This document shows positions 1-11,862 of a stretch of 64,000 bases of DNA, piece by piece. The first letter of the stretch is position 1, and every line of letters starts with the position of its first letter. The notes beneath the pieces are model-generated. The model had not been told where the DNA came from. It saw nothing but the letters and a program-made list of their open reading frames with translations, and ran no database searches. The DNA comes from Chrysemys picta bellii (Eukaryota), in the NCBI RefSeq assembly GCF_011386835.1, contig NC_088800.1, positions 2,294,001 to 2,358,000 of the forward strand, read 5' to 3'. The position numbers were made by a program, and so were the translations under genes.

Positions 1-668
1 TAAATAATCGAAGGAAATACATGAGATAATGGCACTGAGAATTCAAGGAGTGATTTCTTGTATTGTAAACATTCTGGACAGAATTATTTCTATGACTTGC
101 TGACCATAGTCTACTCCTCATGCTACCTGGCCACAAAACGCTTTGGATGGAATCAAAGTATAACTATAGGCACTGGATAATGATACTCTCCTTCTCTCTG
201 TGGTTTGTGCCATTATTATTCCTCCTGGAATGGCCATCATGCTTCTCTCTCAAGGGTTCTTCAAAATGCCCCTGGGAATTCAGACTCCCCCGTACAGTAC
301 AAATATGCTTCCTCCCGAATTTAAATAGGTTCATAATTGCAATTATGGCAGCCCAGCTGCACGGTGATGAGGGGTAACTGCTTAGGGTGGCAGAGGAAAG
401 GAATGTTACATTTTCACGCAACATATCAGAAGATCAACTAGTCTTTTGTAAGCAGCTCTCAAGTGACTGGTTTGTGGAAAAACCCTGCAGCTTCAGGGCT
501 GGCTTTCTGATTGTATGTGTTCCCAAATGTTGATTATCTGCACAGTCTGACTATCATAAAAGATACTCTTTGCAGCTGTCAGCTACATACTAGTATGTTA
601 GAGCAGAGTGTTAGAATAGGCTAACTTATGGAAATAAGTAAATTTCTGTCAGTCTGAACTCTTAGACT

Positions 669-792
669 TAGGGTGACCAGATGTCCCGATTTTATAGGGA
701 CAGTCCTGATTTTTGGGTCTTTTTCTTATATAGGCTCCTATTACCCCCCACCCCGTGTCCCAATTTTTCACATTTGCTGTCTGGTCACCCTA
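669..792. mobile_element. hAT-type MITE (TAGGGTGACCAGA termini)
   Basis: TIRs TAGGGTGACCAGA / TCTGGTCACCCTA; flanking direct repeat TTAGACT. Confidence 0.85.
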
Positions 793-1049
793 TTAGACTC
801 ATTCTACCACCAGAATTACTTAGTTGTATTGCAGAGCACTCCACTTTTCTCTAGGTTATTGTAGCACAATCTGATTTGGATTCAGCCCCCAAAATGCTCC
901 TGAACCCACCAAGTCTGGGGGAAAAGAGCAACAAAAACCAGAGCTGATGACAAGGAGGGTTTATAGCCAGAGCCACTTGAGGGATAAAGGCTCCTCTGCC
1001 ACTTTCCAGATGACTCTTGAGAGGCACTAAACAGTCCAGACTCTCAACG

Positions 1050-1638
1050 GCAGCAACTCCCCTCCTTGGCTGTATAAACAGAGTGATATTGAGTAGGAGT
1101 AGGGAGATTATATTATCTCTGCATTTGGCACTGGACTCCCGTGTCCAGTTCTGGTGTCCACAATTCAAGACGGCTGTTGATAAATTGGAGAGGGTTCAGG
1201 GAAGAGCCATGAGACTGACTGAAGAACTGGAAAACAGGCCTCTAGTGAGAAACTCCAGGAGCTCAATCTGTTTAGCTTAATGAAGAGACAACTCAGGTGA
1301 CTTGATCACTGTCTATAACTACCTACGTGGGGAACAAATGCAGGCTCTTCAATGTAGCTGACAAAGGTCTGACAAGATCCAATGGCTGGGAGCGGAAAGT
1401 CGACAAATTCAGAATAGAAACAAGGTGCAAATTGTTAATAGTGAAGGTAATTCTCCATTGGATCAACTTACTACGGAGTCTGCATTATCGGACATTTTAA
1501 AATTAATACTGGATGCTTTTCTAACAGATCGGCTCTTGTTCAAACAGGCATTAATATAGGGCAGTCCTATGGCCAGTGTCATGCAGCAGGTCAGACTGGA
1601 TGATAGCCGTGGTCCTTTCTGGCCTTAGAGTCTATGAA
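1050..1638 (+). mobile_element. CR1 LINE 3' fragment (old)
   Basis: Translates to VQFWCPQFKTAVDKLERVQGRAMR (CR1 ORF2 C-terminus); ends ggtcctttctggccttagagtctatga. Confidence 0.85.
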
Positions 1639-4600
1639 CCCTTCCTCCTGGCCTGCCACTTCCAGCCCTACCTGCCAGTTTGGCTTCCTTCCACTATAGC
1701 CAGCTAGGGGAAAGCTGCAGGTTTGGGGGAATTGCCTCCAAGCCAAACAACAATCCAAAAGCCAGCTGCTGTCACTGAAGTGGGCCTCCCACACCTCCAT
1801 AACTGGCACCTGGAGGCAGTCACTGGGCCATGGCCTCCTCAGCTTCCTGTCTGCTTCCCCCACCCCTGCATGGAGCAGGAAGTGAAGACAGGGGCCCAGG
1901 AAACTAACTAGGGTCTAAAATTAAACGATGCAAAAGGAGGTTTACAAACAAAACAGGCTGGGAGCCACCTGGTCAGAAATACTCCGATACTGTCAGATTT
2001 AAAGGGGAGAGATACCGGCACTTTAGATAACCTAGCTACAAATCCAGCCGTTGGTTTTCCTCCCCTTCCTTAATCCAAGAAACTGTTTTAGTCCCTCATA
2101 GTCCCAGCCACATTCCATCTCTGTTAAATGGAGGGTGGAGCTAAGCTGTATTGGTTCAGAGATTCAAAGAAAGCTGCCCATGTTATTCATCTGGGGCAAA
2201 AATAACTTGGGCAACTTTCTTTTCACCTTGCGGCTGGTGACTGCTGAAGCTGGTTTGGATAATTTTTGGATCAAGCAAAATCAGAGTGGGGGACATTATG
2301 ATTTACAAGGCAGTAAAGGTTATAACATGGTCATGTGTGATCAACCACTGCAAGCACAGCATGTGAGATTCCTTCGAGTCTGTCAGGGACGTAAGCAAAG
2401 AGGGCTCACACCTCACTGTATCAGTGACGCAGCAATATTTAAACTGGCCTAAGTGGGGTCAGAGGGTTTGCAGCCACTTCTCTCCTCCCCTGCATAGTCC
2501 ATCTCCTTTCACTCATGGGAACTGCATGTGCTCAATGTTAATAATAGATGTGCCTTATAGCAAGCTGGCTTTTGGGACTTTGCAGAGCCAGCTGTCAGAT
2601 GCTACCTGAGCACAATGAGCAAGGGGCATCGTCCCTTCACACAGTCACAGCTTCAGCAGGTTTTGAAGGGCATGAGCGTCAAGGTATCTCTGACCAGAGT
2701 GTGTCACACAACACAGTGCTACACTGCCTGCTGAGCTGCCCCCAGGGCCACTTTGCAAGCTTCTTCTGGGTCCAGCCACTTAACTCTGCCTGCAAACTCC
2801 GTCATAGTCTGTTAGGAACCTAGCCATGGCCATGAAATTCCATGGCTCTGAACCACTGCTGCATGAGGGAGTGACGGCTGTTTACGAACGGTGGACGTTT
2901 CCTTGACTGAACCAAAATGAAAATGTGCATCAAGAGTCTAAGGAAGAAATGACTTCTTTAGGGATATCTCACGTCAACTTGTCTGTATTTGGACAGGCTG
3001 TTTTCACAAGTAGGTTAGGTGACTGCCCTGTTCTCCGAATCTGCAGCATGTATTCTTTATTTTGTGTGAGAAGCACAGTCTCAATACGTTACAGTTGTTT
3101 GTGCCCATAGACTTGGTACAGCTGTTAACAGCTGTATCCCATGCATGGCTCTGATGATGGACAGAAATAATTGCCAGTTAAAGGCTATTTTAAATGGTTT
3201 ATCGTATCACTGACAATGGTTACCAGATCCACTGCTGGCTGGATGCGATGGGCTAGATTATGGCATTGACACTCCCACTGTCCTAGGAAAGGAGCATCGT
3301 GGAGATCCCCTGAAGCATGAGAATTTTCCCCACCTGGTGTGCATGAATTTGAACCATGAAAGGGTTAATAAGTGCTTCTTGTGCAGCCTTCACCCTGCAA
3401 GGATCATTGTGACCTGTCCTTTAATCAAGGAAACCCGTGTAGCAGGGGGCCATTTGTTAAAGGGCCCCTTACACCACGATGGGCCTTTGGCACACATTTC
3501 TCACTCTATGCCTCTGGCTGAGGCGTTCCTAGGCTAACAGAAATACAGTCCTATTACCACGGGGAAGCTACTCATCCAAATATGTATCAGTGCAGAGATA
3601 TTTTGAGCCTATTTATCACTGCTATTCAGCATGAGAACAAAGGGAGGAAAAGGAAGAGAACAATCATTGTATATTGCCGTATGATTTTCCATCCACAAGG
3701 ACTATCAATTGCCTGAGGTTCCATATTGGCAACATGTCTCTCTCTGCTGTTTTCCTTTTTAATGACGTGAAACCTCTGAATACCCTGATTTGGACCTATG
3801 TGCATGTCAGCTGCTTGCCTTGCCTTCCCCAGGGTAGATATTCCTTGCTGCCATTATACAACAACTCCAGTCAAGGACCCTGCAGACCTACACACCCATC
3901 GGCTAGGCTAATCAGGCGTAGAGAGCTGAAAAACACATGCTGTCCACACATTGTTTAAAAAACATGTGCCCGATCTATGGCCATTCACTTGCACAGCGAA
4001 AGGACTAAAACTTCGCCGAAAACTCTTTTTATTAATAGGAGAAAACCTGCCTTGAGTCAAGGGTGGTGAAGCAGGCAAAAGGGATGTCCCAGCTGCCCCG
4101 AGCGATCTGCTGTTATCAATGCTCTGCATTGCATTATTTTAAAGGCAAGACTGTCATCTCCTATTACGTTAGCAGCCTTCAGAAAGTTATGTTAATTTCA
4201 CAGATGACAGCCCCTCCCCCCTGTAAATATACAAACTGGGCAAAACTCCAGGCACAACCCTTTCCTGGCCAGTGCCGGGAGCTGAAAGGGACTAAACATT
4301 TCCCACGAACAATAAATGGTTCGAGTGTCACACTATGAGGAAGGGAACAGGGAAAGAGAATAACGTATCAGGGGTTAATGAAGGTCCTAAACATACATTA
4401 AAGCCATGCATAAAAAGAATTCTAGCTGCTCCTTATAAACGTCATAAAGGAATATAGCTTGGAAAGGCCCTAATTCTCAGCCCATCAACCTGCCAGAATA
4501 GCTGGGCTGGGTTCTGGGTAGCGCCAAAGGGCTGGGGGAAAGAAACAACCCCCTTCCCTTCCCTGCTGCAGCAGCGTGCCCCCTGGGCAGGGTAGGAAGG

Positions 4601-6301
4601 TCTATGCTGCGTATCATCCAATAGCACGGCCCCATGTGCATTGCTACATGGCAGCCGCTGCTCCGCGGATGTCCATGCCACAGGGCTGCGTACGCCTCCC
4701 TCTTTAGATCACTCCCTTCCCACGTAGCAGAACGGTGTTGGCTCCACTTTGCCAGGCAATGCTCTGCATAGCCATGGTGGAGACAGTGGGCAGGATTTCC
4801 CCCTCAAAGATTAGGTTTGCCCACTGTCGTTCAGCTTACCATCCACGATCTGCTCCCTCCAGTTAGTTACCCTGAGGGGTTCACGAGTGAAATGTGAGGC
4901 TGGGATAACACAAACAATGGGAGGCTTTAAGTTCTGTTAGAAACAATATTTACATTGACCGAACCCAGAAAACGCATCGTGTTCCGATGCAGTTTTCAGT
5001 CCTCTTCAGAGCACAGCTTAGTAAGGGGCAAAGAGACCATAAATCCAAGGAAGAGCCTGCCATTTAAACAACATTTACCAAGACAGTGTGAAATGATGCA
5101 GCGCTGTATTTCCCTGTACTTATTATAGGAGATAGCTGTGGGCACTCAGACCCTGTGGGCAAATGTTGAGTTTTTATCTAGTTCCTGGTCTGGTCAATGT
5201 AGCTGGCTGGTACAGTATGAGTTCTGGGATGTTTCCAATCTCTGCAGGAGATATGGTAATTGCATTATTGCACAGATGTGCCGAGTCCTGCACTGTAAAC
5301 CTGGAACTTACTTCACTCCTTCATAAAACTCAGTATTGAGGGGACTTCTCCTGTATGGCAGGACAATTATGTAACTCAATATGGCAAGTTCACTGCACAG
5401 ATGTTTAGGAGGCCTGAGAACCTGAAATTTCATTCTGTCTTTTCAGACGACACACTGCGCATTGTGCATGATTCATATCTGAAGTGGCATAATAAATCTT
5501 CGCCATGCAATGCTTGACTCCTCACTGAGTGGGTGGAACTGCAGGCTGACAAATGTTTATAACATATGAACTAGTCATGTTTATTTTACACGCTAGCCAG
5601 CCCCAATGAGGATGAGGGAAGCGAATGAGATGGCTGGGTGGAGGCATGGATGTTCAGATCAAACGCTTCAGTCTGTTTTTTTTCCCCCCAAGTAAATTCA
5701 AATTTCTTTGCTACATTTGCTCAGAATTAAATACTCCATCTCAGAAACAGAGAATAAGGGGCCTGATCCAAGACCCATTAAAGTCAATGAGGGGCTTTCA
5801 ATTGGTGCTGTCCTAACTGCTCTTACTGACGTCCACGGTAAATCTCATTTTGACTTCAATCAAAGCAGAGTTAGTCCAATGCTGAGCGCTTTTGAAAACC
5901 CCACCTGCACAGTATAGTACAATGTCTCTCCTGCTATTTAATAAGGCTGAGATGAAAATGTGATAGCCTCATGCAACATCTGCTCTGCAGCTAGCCAGAC
6001 ATTTTCAAGTCTAGGAAAACCGTGTTTTCTTGTAAAGCTATTTCTAAATTCCGCCGTGTGTTGGACATTACGTAAAGCACAACGCTGCATCACAAAGGGC
6101 TCAGTCCTTCCGGGGGCTCAGCCTGACCCAGCCAGGCACTGAGGCATGTGCTTAATTTGAAGCATGTGAGCAGTGCCATTCATTAAAGTGCTTTGCTGAC
6201 TTGGGCCAGAGTGTTCAGCACCTCGAAGGACTAACCCTCAAAAGCCCAATTCTCCTGTCTACCAAACTGGAACATCTGGATGGTTTTTAAACCATTCCTA
6301 T

Positions 6302-6677
6302 CAGGGCCGGCTCTAGGATTTTTGCCGCCCCAAGCGAAAACAATTTTGGCCGCCCCTCCCCCCCCGTTTTTTTCTTACCCCACCCCCGGCCCCGCCTCAA
6401 CTCTGCCCCTTCCCCAAATCAGCGTGAAACAGCTGATTCGCGCGCCGCTGCTCCCCCTCCCTCCCAGGCTCTCAAACCCGGGAGGGAGGGGGAGATCCCG
6501 AGCGGCCGCGCGAATCAGCTGTTTGAGAGCCTGGGAGGGAGGGCGAGTAGCGGCGCTGGAGCGGCAGCAGCGGAGGTGAGTTAGGGCTGCCAGGGCACAT
6601 TTTTGCCAGAATGCCACCCCTAAAAATGTGCCGCCCCAAGCACCAGCTTGTTTTGCTGGTGCCTAGAGCCGGCCCTG
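6302..6677. mobile_element. hAT MITE (CAGGGCCGGCTCTAGG termini)
   Basis: 16-bp TIR; perfect 8-bp TSD ATTCCTAT (6294-6301 / 6678-6685); CpG-rich interior with internal inverted repeats. Confidence 0.93.
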
Positions 6678-7373
6678 ATTCCTATTGCCTCATCGAAATA
6701 TCCTTGGCTCTCAGGCTGAACAGCAGCACTGACATCACCTATGCTTACCTGGAAAGGCCAGATCTGCCGTGGGTGTAAACCAGCATAACTCCAGTGACGG
6801 CAAGGAAGCTACTGATTTAGACAAGCTGAAGATGTGGCCCAGCTCCTGTGTATTGTGGCTGCTACAGTATCTTTACTTACCCCAGGTGAGCCCACTGGGA
6901 CAAGTCTGAGTACGGTTAAATTGGATCTACTGTCAACCTTTAGAGGATTAATAATTCTAAGTCATGATGATAAACTATGTTTTATTGTAACTTTCCTAAA
7001 TGGGCTCCACATTGTGTGTGATTCCAATTGGTTTAGCTGTGGCATCATTACAAGGTTACCAACAAGATTGCACTAGAATACAGAAGTGATTTAATGCAAA
7101 TATTTATTCTGAATGCAATCCCCCACTTTAGAGTTTCTTAACTGAAAGCAAAGTTCAATTGTCTACAGTTCCCTTAGATCATAACCAGACCTCAGCAGAG
7201 TTCATGAAATGCAGAATTTCTACACTGGAAAGCCTTGCACAAGCCCTTGTGCAGCTTGACTTGCTTAAAGAGAAAAATATGTAACGTTAATTTCACTGGA
7301 AAGAAGTATCCCTGAATTTTCTGTGCTAAGTTTTTGAAGCCATATGACCTTGCATTAGTTATTAAACACTTAC

Positions 7374-7533
7374 TTGACTCGCTATTGTCACAGTCCTGGG
7401 GATTGCACTTCTGGGTGTTCTCTGGCCACTGTTCATGGTCACACAGGCTACTGTCTTCTTCAGCTTCACCAGTTTTTGTGTTCATGCACTTCACCTGTCG
7501 CCGCTGGATGCCACCACCACAGGTAGCTGTGCA
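7374..7533 (-). CDS. ADAMTS7: ADAMTS7 coding exon (TSR8; penultimate coding exon)
   Basis: ctgcag|TGC ... TCA A|gtaagt; 160 bp; CTATCGGGIQRRQVKCMNTKTGEAEEDSSLCDHEQWPENTQKCNPQDCDNSES. Confidence 0.95.
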
Positions 7534-8149
7534 CTGCAGAAAGTTAATTAGCTGGGATATAATCAATTGCATCCAGAATTAAGGTTTATTTTTTATATGT
7601 TGCTGCTGGATTTGAGACTTCACTTAAATATCTATACGCTACATGGATATTCACATGTTTAAAGTGGGATCCGAGCAAAATTCCTACACTGTCTTTGTAG
7701 AACTTATTTCTCTTTTATCCCCTGCTCCAATTAGTTCTGTTTCTATGGGATACAAAGGCATTTCTATTGTACATAACCCAAAGTTTATCTGGTGCTGCTG
7801 CGCGCAATAGCTTCCGCTAAGTGAACAGACCTCTATTAATTCTGCTGACTGAGGAGGTGGGAGACATCTTGTCTGACTGAACACGAGGCACGGTTAGCAA
7901 CACACGTCCATTAACCTTTATTGTATTCAGAGCTGGCCTGGCTCCTCCAGTTTTTATAAAGTATCTGGTCAAAACAGGACTTCTTTAGAAACAAAATTCC
8001 CCTGTGTGCCTTTTCTCAGCAGAGCTAGTCAATGAGAAACTCTTCATTGTGGTTTATTTTTGTCAATATTCTGTACAATTTATTGAAACTGAGTCACTTA
8101 CAATACGTCTCCATTCACTTCTCAGATACATGGACATGGAATGGAACAT

Positions 8150-8415
8150 TGGTCTGCACTGAAAACTTTTATCACCATAACTATGTCAGTTAGGGGTGTG
8201 ATTTTTTTGCCTACATCGTTATATTGGGAAACGCCCTAGTATACACACAGTTATAGTGGTATAAGGTGATTTATACCAGCATCATTTATTTCGTTTTGCC
8301 AAACCAAAATAAGCTAGACTGGTAGAAGCACTTTTATACATCTACACTAGGTTTTTTTTGCTGCTTTAACTATGCCAGGATAAAGTGGCAAAATGTTTAA
8401 ATGTAGACAAGACCT
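8150..8415. mobile_element. PIF/Harbinger-type MITE (degenerate)
   Basis: ggtctgcact ... tgtagacaagacc termini resembling GTCTACAC/GTGTAGAC; boundaries approximate. Confidence 0.55.
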
Positions 8416-8611
8416 TATAAACTCTACTATCAATTGTGTGGGCTTGATTGCAGAAACCAGTGTTACAGACCAGGTAGTATAGCAGGTGTTTGCTTATCTG
8501 AGATCACAGTTAAGTCCCTGGAAAACTGCTGTACAAAAATAATACACGTGATTAATTCCCAAGAGAAATTCAGCCGCAGGAGACATTTATTTCCCTTAAA
8601 CATTTGCTCAC

Positions 8612-8758
8612 CTCTCCCCATGATCCCACTACCCATTTGGTACATGGGTGAGTGTTGCAGGGTCTTGTGTTATTTGGCCTTAACATTTCATCACACCGTC
8701 CGAATTCTGGACACGTAACTAAACGCTCCTGCTCGCCGCTGCCGCATGACTCAGAGCA
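8612..8758 (-). CDS. ADAMTS7: ADAMTS7 coding exon (TSR7/TSR8 start; not in the ORF track)
   Basis: ccttag|TGC ... GGA GAG|gtgagc; 147 bp; CSESCGSGEQERLVTCPEFGRCDEMLRPNNTRPCNTHPCTKWVVGSWGE. Confidence 0.95.
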
Positions 8759-10270
8759 CTAAGGAGAAACAAACAAGCCATCAAATTGGAATCAGTCTGG
8801 AGTAACAGGGAAAAACACCCCACTTACTTGTCTCTTACGGAATTACAGTGTGAAGTGGCCCTAAGAAAAATTTGCCTCCAGTGTTGAATGCCCATTTTTG
8901 TGATTATAACTATTGTCGGTGGGTGGTTTCAGTTGTGGAAGTGAGGCTACTAAATTGATTTGAAGTTAAACTCTTAGGCACACACCGCTTTGTAAGCATA
9001 CAGCAGATCTCAGCTCATATATATTCACTACTTCCTAGATCCAAATATTTAGAGGGTCAGATTCTGCCCACAAGCAAAGGTCACACAATACTCCCACTGT
9101 CTTCTCATCAACGACAGTCGCACAAGTCGAACTGAGTGTGGAATGTGGCCTACAAGCTGTCTGGCACTACTGTGTACTTCTTAAATAATAGCCAGTATAC
9201 GCTGCACTCTGAGGCTAAGCAAAAGTAAAATGCCAGCGAAATGTATTTGCAGGGAAGGGAATGAAAAATAAGTGCTGATGTGAAACATCACATCACAAAC
9301 CAGACAAAAAATATATTTACTGGATATACAGATAAGAAAATGAATGGGGCATCTAGTGATAAATGGATCCAAGTTAGGAAGATATTTGACTGGGAGAGTG
9401 TAGAGTAAACGATAGATTTCAAGGCCTTCAGATTCCTTTACTTAGCTGACAGGCTACTTTTAAAGCTGAAGGCAAAAATGAACATGGAATAAAAGATAAT
9501 GGGCTAATCCCATGCTGCAGTGTAAGCACGGGGGTTACGAAAGCGGGACTGTGCCAAGCTCAGACTGGTGGGGAAGGAGAAAATCAGTGAAGAAATAACA
9601 TTTAATTAACCATTTAAACATTTTTCTGTGGAATCTTCCAACTGAAGATACCCTGAGATGCATCATTACGGGGCTTCACAAATACCAGAAGTCCCCTTGT
9701 AATCCCAGAATGTCTCATTCAGTGACATCTCCAGTAAGCAAAGAAAAAACAGGAAAGGAAAACAGATAAGTTACAAGCTATTTTGGGGCTGAGTGCCTTC
9801 ACCAGCCTGCTCAGGGGACCCTCTGGTGGGCACCGCAGATGGCTAGCTTCAGCTGGATTCTCCTACGTCCAACTAACAGCAGGGTTTGGAACACAGCACC
9901 AGATTTATTAATCTCCTAGTTTGTGGGGCTATTGATCTGTCTGTGGAAACCTATGGGGGCAAGTGGAAGAGAACATAGAGCAGCAGTTGCCTACTGGAAT
10001 TTCCATTAGAACATTCAACCCATGTCTGAGATGAACCCAATTTTCATCATAGTTTGGCAATTCATCATTTAATAAACACTTGATAGTGTTGGGTTATTTG
10101 CAAACAGCTGTTAAAACATATTGAAAAGAACTTGGTCCATCTGTGCCTTCATGTATTCCTTACAGAGAGACCTGCTGCATCAGGACCCTCTGAACTCTAG
10201 TGATGTTTGGACCAGGCCCATCTCCGATGATGTATTGCGTGCACCTTCTCTCTCTAGAAATCCCGCTCAC

Positions 10271-10444
10271 CTCTCTCCAGGACGAGGTATACCAGTCCAG
10301 ACAAGGCTTGGTTTGGCAGGGAGTCTGCATTGGGGGCTTGTAGAAAACAGCTTGACAATGAAAGGGTCGCAGAAGCCTCTGTTCTCTGGTGTCAACGCAG
10401 TGCACGTCCCGAACCTTCAGTCCCCCTCCGCAGTTCTTGGAGCA
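10271..10444 (-). CDS. ADAMTS7: ADAMTS7 coding exon (TSR6/TSR7 start)
   Basis: tcccag|TGC ... AGA GAG|gtgagc; 174 bp; CSKNCGGGLKVRDVHCVDTREQRLLRPFHCQAVFYKPPMQTPCQTKPCLDWYTSSWRE. Confidence 0.96.
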
Positions 10445-10744
10445 CTGGGAAAACAATACAATGAGTCATGCTAGTGGAGCGGAGGCAGTAACAGTGTCCA
10501 GACATGAATCTCTCTGGCAAAGTGGAGTTTACCCAGATATTAAAGAAATGAATTGTCAAGCTCTGTCTTTCATTAACTCTTTCAGTATTTGCCTTTGGGT
10601 CTCTCCATGATTGTACCTGGCCCAAGCTGGAGAGGGTCCTAAGCATGACTACCACCACCAGGACTTTCCACTCTGAAAGGATTCTATTTGCATTTTCAAT
10701 GGCGACAGCTTTTTGAGGTCATGTCCCCACATCCACAGATCTCG

Positions 10745-10965
10745 AAAGTTAAGGCCTGTTAAAATCATCGCTAGTAATCCTGCCATTCCAGGAGTGTTGC
10801 CTACCATTTATTCTCAGTGGGATTGTCCAGCCTAGTTTTAAAAGTCTCCCGCTATGAGGGATTCTTGTGAAACTTTCTGAGAGCTGAACACCCCCAAGGT
10901 ATTCCCCAACATCCCCCCACAACTCCCCTTTATTTCGCTTCAGCCCAGGCCTCTTTCGACCACCC
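10745..10965 (-). mobile_element. Old CR1 3' fragment
   Basis: ttgtccagcctagttttaaaagtctcccgctatgagggattc resembles the antisense CR1 3' region; boundaries approximate. Confidence 0.45.
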
Positions 10966-11034
10966 TAAGTGATTCCACTCCTACTTTCGCTGACTCCCTT
11001 CCAAGCAGAGTGATTATGTTCCCCCCAGTTACTC

Positions 11035-11193
11035 TTTACACTCACTGGGTTTCCTAGTTTGGGCTTCAGCCCCAACAGGAATGTTTACACGGCTATTCTT
11101 AGCTCCGCAGCCTGAGCCCAGCGTGTCTGAGTCAACTGACCCTGGCTCTCAGACTTGATGGGGTGGATTTTTCTTTGCAGTGCAGCCATACCC
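11035..11193. mobile_element. Harbinger-type MITE fragment
   Basis: Similar to the 19538 element (gggcttcagcccc, gcctgagccca); right end gtgcagccataccc; left boundary approximate. Confidence 0.5.
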
Positions 11194-11239
11194 AGAGACA
11201 CCAATAAGGGGCAAGGAGAAGGGAAGTATATTTGTTTAC

Positions 11240-11392
11240 CTTACTCCAGTTTCCAATACGCCACGAGGAACATGGTCTCAGGTAACACCTTCGAGCAGGG
11301 ACAGGTTTTTTTGCAGCAACACAATCTTCATCTTTGCCTGTGCTACAATGCACTGTCCTCCAGCTAGCTCCTAAGCCACAGGTTGTGGAGCA
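11240..11392 (-). CDS. ADAMTS7: ADAMTS7 coding exon (TSR5/TSR6 start)
   Basis: ttccag|TGC ... AGT AAG|gtaaac; 153 bp; [51 protein letters not shown]. Confidence 0.96.
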
Positions 11393-11637
11393 CTGGAACA
11401 CAGTCAGTAACAGAGCAAAAATTAACCCCTGCCCCCACCCAGCCACAGAAACCAAAGCCCAGCAATCAGGGAGCAATGAGCTACACGAGCAGCAAAGCAA
11501 ACAACTTGTCTTCATGGGAAAATCCTATGGAATTTGACAGGGATGAAACCACAAGGATGCAATACAAATTAAATGGGATTCTGCAGAAATGTGTCTTAAA
11601 ACCTGCAGGGCCCAATTCACCACTGGATTACTGCGGG

Positions 11638-11862
11638 CAGGGCCGGCTCTAGGCACCAGCCTGGCAAGCAGGTGCTTGGGGCGGCCGCTCCGGAGAGGGG
11701 CGGCAGGTCCAGCTATTCGGCGGACGGTCCCTCACTCCCGCTCGGAGCGAAGGACCTCCCGCCGAATTGCTGACGCAGATCGCAATTGCGATCACAGCTT
11801 TTTTTTTTTTTTTTTTTTTTTTTTGGCTGCTTGGGGCGGCCAAAACCCTGGAGCCGGCCCTG
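11638..11862. mobile_element. hAT MITE (CAGGGCCGGCTCTAGG family)
   Basis: TIRs CAGGGCCGGCTCTAGG / CCTGGAGCCGGCCCTG; perfect TSD ACTGCGGG (11630-11637 / 11863-11870); internal poly-T. Confidence 0.93.

Noticed and set aside
6715-6760. Minus-strand CAG TGC TGC (QCC) as a candidate PLAC exon
   Set aside because: In-frame stops on both sides and no RDRL/FC upstream.
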